Part shown: positions 19,294 to 29,600 of the stretch, piece by piece
Position numbering within the stretch: position 1 is the first letter of the stretch
Layout: each line of letters begins with the position of its first letter
IMG/VR virus record: IMGVR_UViG_3300015261_000001
Location: 1 to 64,000 of that record
Reading direction: 5' to 3' (one strand)
DNA length: 64,000 bases
The notes under the pieces: model-generated
Database searches by the model: none
The model's input: only the letters and a program-made list of their open reading frames with translations
What the model was told of the DNA's origin: nothing
Program-made: the position numbers and the translations under genes

Positions 19294-20532
19294 ATGTACA
19301 CGTATAAAAGGGCTGTTGGTGTTAACCAGCTAGTGCCCAGAGGAGAGGAATTGCTTGATATCAGCTCTTTTCAAACCCAAGCTTTGCCCGGTCAGTTCAG
19401 CCAACTGAAGATCGTGGTGCAGGATGGTTTGTATAAGGCTGAAGTCGCAATCGACATGGCGGACTACATTAACGAGTTCTCCGCTTTCGTTGGGACCATT
19501 CAACAATGGCTCGACACCCAGTCCAACGTACCGCTGAAGACCAGTAACACTCTACCCGGTAACCAGTATCGGTACGTCACCAGTCACGACATCCAGTACA
19601 AATGGTTTACCCTGTTCCCAGGTGATGCTCGTTTGACTGTTGATCGTCAAGCTTACCTTGATACAGCGTCTGCTCCAGATATCCGTGTAATTAAAACGGA
19701 TCGGACTGCTGTGGATTACAGAGCCCTCGCTGAACGCTCCCTGTGGACCATTAACGGCCATTTGGTACGCGCGGTGGGTGATGATGAAGCTTTGTACCTG
19801 TTGAACGCTGGCAAGCATTTCAACGTGAATGACAACATCCACGTGAACAGCCTCAACTTCAACACAGTTTCCAAGCTGAAGACTTACACTCTCAGCAAAG
19901 AAGACATCGAGTTCGATGATCACGACAGCTACAAGTTCCTGCACGTCCGTACCCCTGTCTCCATGAAAGGCAAGACGGTATGGATGAGCATCGGTGGTCG
20001 TCTGTATCTCAACGATGTTGCAACACCAGTCGGTGAGCGTTTGATCGCCATCCATACGGAACAAGTGGATTGGTTCACTCGTATCTTCGACTCGAAAGCG
20101 TTGATTGACCTGTCGGGTGTTATCGACAAAGAACGCGAAGTGGTGGGGAAGAAGTTCTTCTCTACTAAAGAGTTTTGGGAAGCGCTGTTGACCGACCAAT
20201 CAACGTTCTTCATTGTGCTGGACAACCCCAACCTGTTTGTATCGTTGGAACCCATCACAACGTACCGCTATCCCTTTACTTACCACACGGAGGAAACCAA
20301 ACCAATTCCTCTCATGACGGCGAATGGACTGCTGCCGAAATACTTTACGCGCAAGCTGATTAACCGGAGATTGCTAGACACCGATATTGGCATTCAGAAA
20401 CTTTACCTCAATAAAACAACCGGCACCGCTAACGGTGGTGACCTTTATCACGGGTATACCAATCGCTTTGCACCAAGCAAGCTGCACAACGGGTACCTTC
20501 TCTACATTCGCAGTGTGATCCAAAAGGATTAA
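19294..20532 (+). CDS. Hypothetical, probably virion structural protein (412 aa)
   Basis: Long ORF with an AGGAG SD, in a structural-gene context. Confidence 0.6.
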   Translation: MYTYKRAVGVNQLVPRGEELLDISSFQTQALPGQFSQLKIVVQDGLYKAEVAIDMADYINEFSAFVGTIQQWLDTQSNVPLKTSNTLPGNQYRYVTSHDIQYKWFTLFPGDARLTVDRQAYLDTASAPDIRVIKTDRTAVDYRALAERSLWTINGHLVRAVGDDEALYLLNAGKHFNVNDNIHVNSLNFNTVSKLKTYTLSKEDIEFDDHDSYKFLHVRTPVSMKGKTVWMSIGGRLYLNDVATPVGERLIAIHTEQVDWFTRIFDSKALIDLSGVIDKEREVVGKKFFSTKEFWEALLTDQSTFFIVLDNPNLFVSLEPITTYRYPFTYHTEETKPIPLMTANGLLPKYFTRKLINRRLLDTDIGIQKLYLNKTTGTANGGDLYHGYTNRFAPSKLHNGYLLYIRSVIQKD

Positions 20533-20535
20533 GCT

Positions 20536-21039
20536 ATGAGCGTAACTAATGAGGGGTCTAGCAAACCCTGGATTCTCTTCGTGTTTCTGTTGTTGATTTT
20601 GGGGGTTGGTGTTGCGAACCTCCTTTGGCCCCGTTCCCCTACTATCTCGGTTGAAGCTGTCGCTGGTATTCAGCAAGCTACAGCCCAGATGGAGCGGGTG
20701 GCGGAAAATGTCGAACGTAGCACGAACGCTATGACCGACTTAAATAAGTCACTGATCTTGCAAATGCGAGATCGAGCAGCCGTGGATGACAAAGGCTATG
20801 AAGACACTCTTAAGAAATATGGCATCGACCTTGGGTTGCCTGCTAGCGGCAGTCTTGCTAACGGGTTGCAGCAACGGACCCTCGATCAAGGAGGGGGATA
20901 CATACCTCCAAGTTCGGGCGCAGCAAATCCAGCTGGACAGTTACCGCAATCAAGCGAAAGCAGCACAGGCCGGGTTGACAGAAGTAATCCCGGAGCTAAA
21001 GAGCTACCCAGCGGAAATGCCCCCAAGCCACCTCAATAG
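20536..21039 (+). CDS. Putative inner-membrane spanin (Rz-like)
   Basis: Single N-terminal TM helix (WILFVFLLLILGVGVANLLW) followed by a coiled coil. Overlapped out of frame by a lipoprotein gene. Confidence 0.75.
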   Translation: MSVTNEGSSKPWILFVFLLLILGVGVANLLWPRSPTISVEAVAGIQQATAQMERVAENVERSTNAMTDLNKSLILQMRDRAAVDDKGYEDTLKKYGIDLGLPASGSLANGLQQRTLDQGGGYIPPSSGAANPAGQLPQSSESSTGRVDRSNPGAKELPSGNAPKPPQ

Positions 21040-21259
21040 CCTGATCGGCTTTTTGGAGGCTAATGACTGCACGGAACCGCAGTTGTCACTTCAAGTAAAG
21101 GAGAACTGCTATCGTGTAACCCGTGTGTTGCTCATCAACGCCACTCGGGAGCTAGACAAAACCAGTGCGACTCTATACGCCGGGCAGCGTACGATCGCGC
21201 AGTTGATCGACAACATCAATATGTTGGTCAACAGTCTCGATGCAAATACAAAGAAGTGA
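20798..21259 (+). CDS. Putative outer-membrane lipoprotein spanin (Rz1-like)
   Basis: ATG at 20798 after AAAGG. Signal peptide II with lipobox LLTG|C, and Ser rather than Asp at +2. Starts inside the i-spanin gene in the +1 frame. Confidence 0.78.
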   Translation: MKTLLRNMASTLGCLLAAVLLTGCSNGPSIKEGDTYLQVRAQQIQLDSYRNQAKAAQAGLTEVIPELKSYPAEMPPSHLNSLIGFLEANDCTEPQLSLQVKENCYRVTRVLLINATRELDKTSATLYAGQRTIAQLIDNINMLVNSLDANTKK

Positions 21260-21275
21260 CAGATGACGTACAGTA

Positions 21276-21308
21276 ACCCTCCCGTTCCCCACAAGGGAAC
21301 GGGAGGGT
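21276..21308. terminator. Bidirectional terminator-like hairpin
   Basis: ACCCTCCCGTTCCC-cacaa-GGGAACGGGAGGGT, a 14-bp stem between convergent genes. Confidence 0.8.
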
Positions 21309-21319
21309 ATACATGTTTT

Positions 21320-21721
21320 TCATTGCTCTTGTTCTTGCTTCGGCGCAGGTACAACTTTAACTTCATCGGTAGCCAGTACAGCAGCCATGCGATTCCGTAC
21401 CTTACCGCTGACCCCTTTGATCTGCATGATCGTAGAGATCGTTTTGCTGGAGTTCATGAACGTCCACGAACAGATCACCGGACCCACCACCATGATGAAC
21501 ATGGAAGTTTCACTAGGCCAGATCTTGTTCGCCGTAACCGATACAAAGATCGTGTACGAGTTGAACACACCCATGACACACACCACCAGTACAGCAAAGA
21601 TGCCGCCGATGTTGCGCAGCGCTACGGACCATGGACCAAACAGTTCACGTTCCAAACCACCTTGGGTGGGTGTAACAACAGTTGGATCTACCTCCGCCTC
21701 ATCGTTTACGTTCGTGCTCAT
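21320..21721 (-). CDS. Two-TM membrane protein, holin candidate
   Basis: Start revised to MSTNVND. Has two hydrophobic segments and a charged C-terminal tail, and lies next to the spanins. Confidence 0.5.
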   Translation of the reverse strand: MSTNVNDEAEVDPTVVTPTQGGLERELFGPWSVALRNIGGIFAVLVVCVMGVFNSYTIFVSVTANKIWPSETSMFIMVVGPVICSWTFMNSSKTISTIMQIKGVSGKVRNRMAAVLATDEVKVVPAPKQEQEQ

Positions 21722-22307
21722 CGGGAAAGACCCCATAATGTCTTGCAATCTGCTCACAACGGTAAAGCGTGATTGCTCCACTATCAGCGGAGTGTTCGTC
21801 CGCCAGAGAGATATCAATCTCACCAGCATCTAACCACGGGTAGTCCATTACGCCCTTGTGAACATCTTCTTTCTTTGATCCCGGGAAGTCAGCACCAACT
21901 ACCTGCTTGGCCAACCGGGGTAATACGTACGACAGGTGTAGGTCGTTTTTACTGCACGCTTGACACAGCATGGACACCACCTGAATCAATTGCTTGAAAG
22001 TCAGGGGCGACATACCGAGGAAGTTATCTTCGCAAATGCCAGTGTCTGGTTCAAAGATCTGAATCAGTGTATCAGCGGAACGCATCATCGCATAACTGCG
22101 CGCCGCTACACTGGTTCCGGCTGTGTCGTCAAATTGCTTGGGAATGTCATAAAGCGCTTTATCACCGAAGATGGTGTTCATGTACAGAAGCTTAAATGGT
22201 TCAGGCTTCGTGATGTTCACGTCCATGACACTCACCCCCATGCACGAGGTACTCGGGTCAATCCCAAGTACCCGTACATAGTCGGGGGATTTCACGATTT
22301 CAAACAC
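21699..22307 (-). CDS. ruvC: RuvC-like Holliday junction resolvase
   Basis: RVLGIDPSTSCMGVS, ICED, PRLAKQVVG...KEDV and DEHSADSGAI match the RuvC catalytic pattern. Confidence 0.88.
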   Translation of the reverse strand: MFEIVKSPDYVRVLGIDPSTSCMGVSVMDVNITKPEPFKLLYMNTIFGDKALYDIPKQFDDTAGTSVAARSYAMMRSADTLIQIFEPDTGICEDNFLGMSPLTFKQLIQVVSMLCQACSKNDLHLSYVLPRLAKQVVGADFPGSKKEDVHKGVMDYPWLDAGEIDISLADEHSADSGAITLYRCEQIARHYGVFPDEHERKR

Positions 22308-22906
22308 AGGTACCCTTTCTGGTTACCGTTATGAAAGCGGAGGACCGCAATCATCGGGGAGAAATCGACCAGGAACTCATCCGGTACATCCAGGCTGTGG
22401 CCCTTATACACCAGTTCGAATCCCGCCGTACTCAGTTCAGCAAACGTACCCGACATCCAGCGCCCCAACACGTTGTGCTCGGTCAGAAGGGTTGCCAGCT
22501 TCCAAGCGATAGTGTTGTCGCCATCCATCGGGTAAGTGTTACCAGAACCCAACTCATCGAGGAAGGTGATTTCTTCTGCGCTATCCAACTGCACAGAAGG
22601 AGCCATCCACGCGTGTTTCTCAGTTGGGTTAGTCAGAGGGTTCCACAGCGACATCATGGCAGGTGTTGCCACTGTGTTACTTCTGGCTTTGTTCACAAAA
22701 CGAATTACAACTTCCCCGGTGGTTTTATCCGATACTTCCAACACCAATTGACCATCCGGGGTTTTGTACGCTTGAGAGTTGATGTAATCCTCAGCGTCCA
22801 AATCAGTTTGGTAGAACTGATTAGCAAGGGCAAGTGCTTCTGCCGTCACCATCTGTTCAGTCAGGGGAAGATGGACGTCCCCCTGAAGAATCTCGGGAAT
22901 GCTCAT
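22292..22906 (-). CDS. Hypothetical protein
   Basis: ORF tightly packed within the minus-strand operon. Confidence 0.65.
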   Translation of the reverse strand: MSIPEILQGDVHLPLTEQMVTAEALALANQFYQTDLDAEDYINSQAYKTPDGQLVLEVSDKTTGEVVIRFVNKARSNTVATPAMMSLWNPLTNPTEKHAWMAPSVQLDSAEEITFLDELGSGNTYPMDGDNTIAWKLATLLTEHNVLGRWMSGTFAELSTAGFELVYKGHSLDVPDEFLVDFSPMIAVLRFHNGNQKGYLCLKS

Positions 22907-22908
22907 AC

Positions 22909-23856
22909 TCAGTTACCTACGCCAACAGCTGGTTGAGTGGAGTTGGTGTGCAGCAACATTGGCACACTGGCGCCGTGGTCGAAAGCCTGTTGGATCTTGA
23001 CATTGGTCAAGGCGTTACGGCCGTCGCGTTCGGTGACATAGTGAGCAAAGATTGCGCTCATGACTTCGGTGTACTGGATCGAACCGCCGCCGCCGATCTC
23101 GCCACGGTTCTCGGTATCGATACCCCAGGCTACACCCACTTCGTTGATCGATGCGTAACTCGCGTCGTTGTAATAGATTTTGCACGCCAGCGAGATTTCA
23201 CGGAGGTCAGCTTGAGTCAGCGAGCAGTCCAGGATGGCGGAACTGTTCACGTATTCGTTGCTGATAGGCACAGAGCCTTCGCTGGTGAAGTCCACAGGCT
23301 GTGGGTTCTCCAGGTCGTCCTTACGGTGGATGTAAGGTTTCACATCCTCCAGACCGGTCACAGGGTCACGGGTGATCTTGTTCTCGGTTGGGTTGTAGCT
23401 GTCGAAGTTGATCAGCTTCAGCCAATAGAAGGCATAAGGGATGCCGTTACGCTCTTCAACAGTACGCATGCGGAACTGCAAGCGGTTGAAGTTGTCGAGG
23501 TCGTTGTCGATCGGCCGGCAGATGAACGGCACCGCAGTGAAGAGGTTGGCGTCGATCGGCTGGTGCTGGTTGACCTTCAGCTTGGAAACACCGCGACTGT
23601 CTTTACCGTCGCAGTTGGAGCCACGCACACCAATACCGAAGTATTTCAGGTAGAAGTCGCGGCTGTTCTTCTGACCGAGCGATTCGTCAGCCAGAACTTT
23701 GTACAGTTCGTTCAACGTGGTGTATTGCGGAACCACGAATGGTCGGCCGGTAGCCACGCACTTGTTGATCAGGTTGCCGATCATCGTGTTCGTAACGGTT
23801 TGCGCCGGCACTTCGGAACGGTTCTGATCTTGCAATTCGTTGGCGGAAAGTGTCAT
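22909..23856 (-). CDS. Virion structural protein, probably baseplate
   Basis: 315-aa ORF with KYFGIG, VPFICRPIDNDL, YAFYWLK and ASINEVGV motifs, recalled as typical of a conserved phiKZ-like virion family. Confidence 0.6.
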   Translation of the reverse strand: MTLSANELQDQNRSEVPAQTVTNTMIGNLINKCVATGRPFVVPQYTTLNELYKVLADESLGQKNSRDFYLKYFGIGVRGSNCDGKDSRGVSKLKVNQHQPIDANLFTAVPFICRPIDNDLDNFNRLQFRMRTVEERNGIPYAFYWLKLINFDSYNPTENKITRDPVTGLEDVKPYIHRKDDLENPQPVDFTSEGSVPISNEYVNSSAILDCSLTQADLREISLACKIYYNDASYASINEVGVAWGIDTENRGEIGGGGSIQYTEVMSAIFAHYVTERDGRNALTNVKIQQAFDHGASVPMLLHTNSTQPAVGVGN

Positions 23857-23865
23857 GAAGTTGTC

Positions 23866-24267
23866 CTATTTAAAACTCATAGAAAAAGAGTGCTTAAAGC
23901 GCATAGAATTTGACGAACTGACCACTATCACCGAATTGGTTTTAATGACCAGTTGTCCAATGTCTGTTGGAAGCATCCCGAGGTTAGTCCAGCGGTTGAA
24001 CCAGCTAGCAATGCCATCCTTGTTGATTGCTGCGGTGTCGTACTTGAACTGTTCCTCAAGTTGCAGCGACTTGTAGTCGGTATACAGTCCGAGATCGATC
24101 CGGTCTTGTTCGTAGCGAGTAGCCTGAACCAGCGGACCAGACATCACGAAAATGGCATTCCCCGTCTTAGGATTCCGTTCCTGGTAATCGACGTTAATAA
24201 GCAGCACAACGGGGAGACCCTTGATCCGGCAGAAGTCTTCTTTGACTAACCGAAGCTCCTTACTCAT
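23866..24267 (-). CDS. Hypothetical protein
   Basis: ATGA-coupled to the upstream gene. Confidence 0.6.
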   Translation of the reverse strand: MSKELRLVKEDFCRIKGLPVVLLINVDYQERNPKTGNAIFVMSGPLVQATRYEQDRIDLGLYTDYKSLQLEEQFKYDTAAINKDGIASWFNRWTNLGMLPTDIGQLVIKTNSVIVVSSSNSMRFKHSFSMSFK

Positions 24268-26588
24268 TGCTCACCTTCTCTCGGTATGAACTTCAACCGA
24301 CTGTAATTAGTGTTGGAACCAATTTTGCTCTTATCCAACTCGTCATAACGAAGGCGACCATAATCAGTTTCCGGGATAGTCCGATCCAAGTTCGGGTAGA
24401 ACAACCGACCGTACTGGGTTGGAGGCACGATGTAATCCAGATCAGGATATTCCAGGCGACCATAATCGGTTTCTGGCAGACCCAGCTGATCAGGTGGCAA
24501 CACACGGAAGTACGAATCGTCAATGATCTTGATCGCGTAGTCAGCGAGGTTCGTCGAGAGGTCAACCCGTTTGAAGTCATCCTCAATAACGATCACTGCA
24601 AAGTTATCCGCATCCCGGCTAGCGATGATCCGCCCAGTTTCCCGGATATCCGACAGAGAGGTTACCCCGCGGATGCCATCCATGTTGTTGCCGATGTCCA
24701 AGATCGCCGAAGTCATATCAGCGTAGGACCCGTTACCCGGACCTGTCCAGCGACTGTCACCAACGAACATCTCGTTGTAGAGTTCGGTCAAGTCAGTGCC
24801 GTCATCCATTTCACGAATGGTGTGGATGGTGTACGACGACAAGCGCATCATGATGTCAATCAGCGCATTCTGCTTAATCCGCAACGATGGGTTCGTGCTG
24901 CTATCCCAACCAGTGACGCGCTTAAAGATCTCCCAAGCAAAGTTACGGGCTTCCTCCGGGGTATACTCCTCGAAGAAGAACTCATAGCGGTCTAGAAGCT
25001 CCTTATACGTCGTTGCGTCGGTCAAGTAGGCAACGCCCGACTCATACATCATGTCGACGGTATGCTGCACTCTAGCGCGCTTGTTGAGGTCGTAGAACTG
25101 GGCGTACAGTTTCTTGTGTTTCCACATGATTCCATACACTTCATCGCTGTACGACATCAGGTATTCCGGCGAGATAAAGATCTGCGGCGGAATCCACAAG
25201 TTGCGAATGTCGTAAGCAAGGAAAGGCTTGATGAACTCAGGCCCGCCAATGTCAATCAACTGCTCAACGGTCGGAGGGACCACCTTCAGCACGTTCTGGT
25301 AATACGCCGGGCAGATGTGATCCTTGGCCTGATCTCGTGAAAGGTCAGTCAAGTAACGCCAGATGTAATACGCGTCTCCAACAGGCAACCGCACTTGCTT
25401 GCCGTTCTTGGGATCGGTAACCAGAATGCGACCTTTATAGTAACCTTTGGCCGCCAGATAAACCCAGTTGTTGAACGTAACAGACATCTTGGTATCAGCA
25501 TGTCGGTTCGTGTAGTCCATCATCTTGGATTCGAGTGCTTTGGTTGGCAACTCCGAGTGCAGGCTGAATGTACCCTTCTTCAGGGCGTCGTCGTACCAAA
25601 TAGCACTTTGATCGAAGTTCTCCTTCGCCAGACTCTGTTGTTTCAGAATCATTTGACTGGTGTCGATATAGCTTGGTGTGCGGCCGTACTCTTCCAACAG
25701 GTTAAGCTGGAGTTTACGGTACATCGGTGTTGGTGTCAGTACTTCTACCTGAGTCTCGGTATTCCCTACCATGTCGTACTTGGCCAACGGGATGCTAGCG
25801 TGGGTCAACAGGTTATCTTGCAAAAGACCGAAGGTGAACTGCGCGCCAGGGTTATTCTTGAGCCATGCGATGTTGCGGTACAGCCACATGATCTGGTAGC
25901 GACTGAGACTGGCTTTGTACTTGGAGAAATCACCGTACGAGTCGATGCGACTCCAAATATAGAAGTCATGCGCATACCGCGTACCTTCCGCCTCATGACG
26001 AATTACACAGATAGCCTTAATGACGTCTGCATAAAGCTGCATAATGCCTATAGGCAGCATCAGGTTGTCTGTGAAGCGGTATTCGTGATCAAAGATCTGA
26101 CCAACCAACGAATAGATGGTTTCTTGCAGTTGGGGGATCAATTGATCCTCGTTCCACAGAACCAGCGACTTGTTGTATTTTAGGATCTTATAGTCATCCG
26201 CCTCGATGGTCTCCTCGTAAGGGATCGGTGCGAGAATGCCTCGTACAAGATCTACCTGACCCGGATACTTTTCAACGATGCGGTTAAACCAGTAGCCGCC
26301 CGCCGAGTACTCTCGGAAGGTGGCCAAATGGGTAATCATATTCTGTTTGTTGAAGATGATTTCATCGCCAGTGTCAATCGAGACAATGGTCATGATTTCA
26401 TCGGTAGGGTGGTAATCCCCGTTCATGTTCATGTAATAGCGCCAAGTGCGCTTGTCACTGCTTACGGGATATCCAGCAGCTTGCTGGACGTTGTTGTCCC
26501 GAATTGCAATGGCCTCCATCTTGATGACCATCGTTCTCGCTAAGCGAAAGACGTCAGTCATATATGCATTGAATTCAATATTGTCCAT
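24264..26588 (-). CDS. Virion structural protein (phiKZ gp128-like)
   Basis: Start revised to MDNIEFNAY. Divergent from the portal. N-terminal DKRTWRYYMNMNGDYH motif. Confidence 0.65.
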   Translation of the reverse strand: MDNIEFNAYMTDVFRLARTMVIKMEAIAIRDNNVQQAAGYPVSSDKRTWRYYMNMNGDYHPTDEIMTIVSIDTGDEIIFNKQNMITHLATFREYSAGGYWFNRIVEKYPGQVDLVRGILAPIPYEETIEADDYKILKYNKSLVLWNEDQLIPQLQETIYSLVGQIFDHEYRFTDNLMLPIGIMQLYADVIKAICVIRHEAEGTRYAHDFYIWSRIDSYGDFSKYKASLSRYQIMWLYRNIAWLKNNPGAQFTFGLLQDNLLTHASIPLAKYDMVGNTETQVEVLTPTPMYRKLQLNLLEEYGRTPSYIDTSQMILKQQSLAKENFDQSAIWYDDALKKGTFSLHSELPTKALESKMMDYTNRHADTKMSVTFNNWVYLAAKGYYKGRILVTDPKNGKQVRLPVGDAYYIWRYLTDLSRDQAKDHICPAYYQNVLKVVPPTVEQLIDIGGPEFIKPFLAYDIRNLWIPPQIFISPEYLMSYSDEVYGIMWKHKKLYAQFYDLNKRARVQHTVDMMYESGVAYLTDATTYKELLDRYEFFFEEYTPEEARNFAWEIFKRVTGWDSSTNPSLRIKQNALIDIMMRLSSYTIHTIREMDDGTDLTELYNEMFVGDSRWTGPGNGSYADMTSAILDIGNNMDGIRGVTSLSDIRETGRIIASRDADNFAVIVIEDDFKRVDLSTNLADYAIKIIDDSYFRVLPPDQLGLPETDYGRLEYPDLDYIVPPTQYGRLFYPNLDRTIPETDYGRLRYDELDKSKIGSNTNYSRLKFIPREGEQ
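24290..24476 (-). repeat. C-terminal ~17-aa tandem repeat, 3-4 copies
   Basis: PETDYGRLEYPDLD / PPTQYGRLFYPNLD / PETDYGRLRYDELD / SNTNYSRLKF. Confidence 0.8.
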
Positions 26589-26610
26589 AATTCGCTCGAA
26601 GAGGTTAAGA

Positions 26611-29600
26611 ATGGTCGCTCCAACTCGCGGTACCACCAGAGGTAATCGACATGTCGACATCGCTCGGGTGCGCCAGGACCTCACGTCACTGAACCCTGTT
26701 ATTGCGAGCACTATGCGCAACGCTGTACCGCGCAACGGGCAGTCGCCAGAGGGTGATGAGGTTACCGGCAAACGCACCGTCAACCCGTTTAAACTGGAAC
26801 GGTTGAGCAACATCATCAGTAACAACATTAACGCAGCTACCGACCTGCGAACCATCACACCATACATTGATAAAGCGGAGCTGATCTGGCGGACAATCCT
26901 GCTCTATCCAAACGGGAAGCAGGACAAGATCCTTCGGTACGACACTCAACCCTCACCAAAGAAAAACGCAAAATTGCACAGCGAACTGTTGCCCATCTGG
27001 GACAACTACTTCACGAATGGCTATAAGATCGAGAAAGATTTAAAGAAGATTGTCAGCGATATTCTCATTAATACTGGGAGTTACACGCTGTTCAATTTGA
27101 GTCGTCCAGGCTTGGATTACTTGATCAACGGCAGTGAACTTGTTGAGGTTGCTGGTAACGAATCCTTCAAGGCTGATGCTACCCGGTTCTACGATGAAGA
27201 GTTTCGTAATGAAGCTGGCAAGGTCATCGTCAAGAACAAGGGTAAATTCATTCGTGACGCTGATGTAACTGTTGTTCCGGTGAGTGGTCTGGAAGCCATC
27301 TTCGGTGGCGCTGCTCCGTATCAGGCTGACGAAGTTAAGTTGTTCGGTAAAGAAGACCCGAACAACGATTTCGGCATCACCATCACTGACAACCCGGCTG
27401 TGCTGTACTTGCAGAAGTTCGGGCAAGTCAAGCGTCGGAAAGACGTTGAAAGTGTGACGGGGATGGAAAACCTGAACCTCATGATTCAATCCGCCTTGCA
27501 CAGTAAGGATGTGAATGATCGTGGGGATGATGGCGAGAACTACCTCGGTCCGAACGATCACCGCCCTACCAAAGGCAAGGGTCCGGCTAAACCGGTCGCT
27601 ACAACTCAGAACCTCACCGACAAACAAGTAGAGGAGTTGAGCAACAAGTTCTTCCCTACTCGTAATGTGGACAGCCAGACTATTCAGTTCGTCAAGCCTA
27701 ACGACGCATTGAAGGTTGCTCCTTACGGTCGTGGTCTGACTTGGCACGTACCGAGTGAGGCGGTTATTCCGATCCACTTGAACGGAAGCAACGGCACTCA
27801 GATTGACTTCATCTTTCTGACTGACCCGAATGACGGTAGCTTCCTGAAGAACACGAATGACTTCGAGTTCTATCAAGGGTTGAAGAAGAACAGCGACGGC
27901 ATTGCCAACAAGCCAAAGAACGGTAGCGGTAACAGCCTGATCTCCAGCCTTCGTGCAATTCAAGAAGGTAAGGAATGTGACTTCGACATGTCGGAGTTCG
28001 CAGATATGGCCAAGTCCAACATCGTCCGTCGTTTCATGCAGTCGATGGTCAGCGGTCGTGGTGACAACGTCAGCATTCAGCTCGACGAAGAAACCAACAA
28101 GATCTTCCTGCAACGGATGTTCCGTCGTCAAGGTATTCGCTGCTTGTATGTTCCTGGCGAAGCTGTTACCTACATGGCACTGAACTACAACCGTTTGGGT
28201 ATTGGTCAATCGCTGACCCAGATGGCGAAGATGCACATCGCTCGTTTGGCAGCTATGGACCTCGCGGATGCAATGGCCAACTTGGAAGCGGCCACGCCGC
28301 ACAGCCTGATGACCATTAACGTCAACGAGAAGTCGCCTGAGCCGTTTGCTGACATCGCCGCAGCCCGTGCTACGTACTTCGAGGCTAACCCTCGTCTGCA
28401 CAGCATCCTGGCCACTGCACAGTTGTCGGTTCCACAGATCGTGGATGCTTTGCGTGAATCGTCTCTGACGGTTAAGGTGAATGCGGGTGACAACCCTCAT
28501 ATCCCTGTTCACGATATCCAACTCGAACACATGGACAAAACCAACTTCAAGCCGATTGATCAAAATAGCCGGCAAGAACTGTTGAATAAAGTCTCCAACT
28601 ATCTTCACTTGTCGAAGAGCTGGTTGGATGTGTCGGACGATCAGAACAACTTTGCGATCGAGGCTCTGGCCGAACACCAAATGCTTCTGAACCAGGTGGT
28701 TAACTGGCAGGAAGAGTTGGGTGATTTCCTTGTTGACTTCCAGCGTAAGCATGCTCAGGTTTGTGCTCCTTTGATGAAGGAGTTGATCGACAAGATCATG
28801 GAAAACAAAACCATGTGGATGCCGGACAGCAAGGAGAAGATCGAAGGTTCCGATGATACTGTTGTGAAGACAATCCTGTTGGACTTCCTGAACAACATGC
28901 AGTGCCTGTTCCCCACACCTACCAGCATTGAAACCACTACCAAGATTAAGGACAGTCTGGATGTGGTTAAAGATCTGGTGGACAAGTGGGTCGAGATGGC
29001 TGGTCACTCGGGTAACTTGGAACAAATCGCTAAGCTCTTGGGCTTTGGTGACTCCGAGGCGAAAGATCTGGAAATGGTTAAGGCTCAGATTAAGTCTGTG
29101 TTCTTGGCCGAAGCTTTCCGTCGTTACAACTTGCCAATGCCATTCGACGATATCATCAACGACGGTAAAGGCGGTGGTCTGGCTTCGATGGTTAACGCTA
29201 TCGTGCATCAACGTCAGAACATTGGTGAGTTCTTGGCAACCATGATGGTCGGTATCAGCGAAGTTGATGCCAAGGTTCTCAAGACACACGCCAAGAAGAT
29301 CGACAAGGCTGTAGCTAACTTGGCTAAGGCTAAGGAGGCAGCTGAAGGTGAAGCCGAGGTTGATTCTTCTTTGACCAACGGCGATCCAAATGGTGATGGT
29401 TTGAGCGCTGATGACGCCCCGGCGCCTGAAGACGGTCTCGATACCGATGCACCACCAGTGGATGACGACACCCCACCTGTTGATGATCCAGAAGCTCCGG
29501 TAGAAGAGGAGGAGGAAGAGGAAGAACCTGAGCCAAGTCCTGACGATAACGCCCCACCAGCAGATGGTGATGCGCCAGCGCCAGCGGGTGACGGAACTGA

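Noticed and set aside
26446-26867. Apparent 420-nt head-to-head overlap of the two large ORFs in the track
   Set aside because: Artefact of longest-ORF start choice. Better starts are 26588 and 26611.
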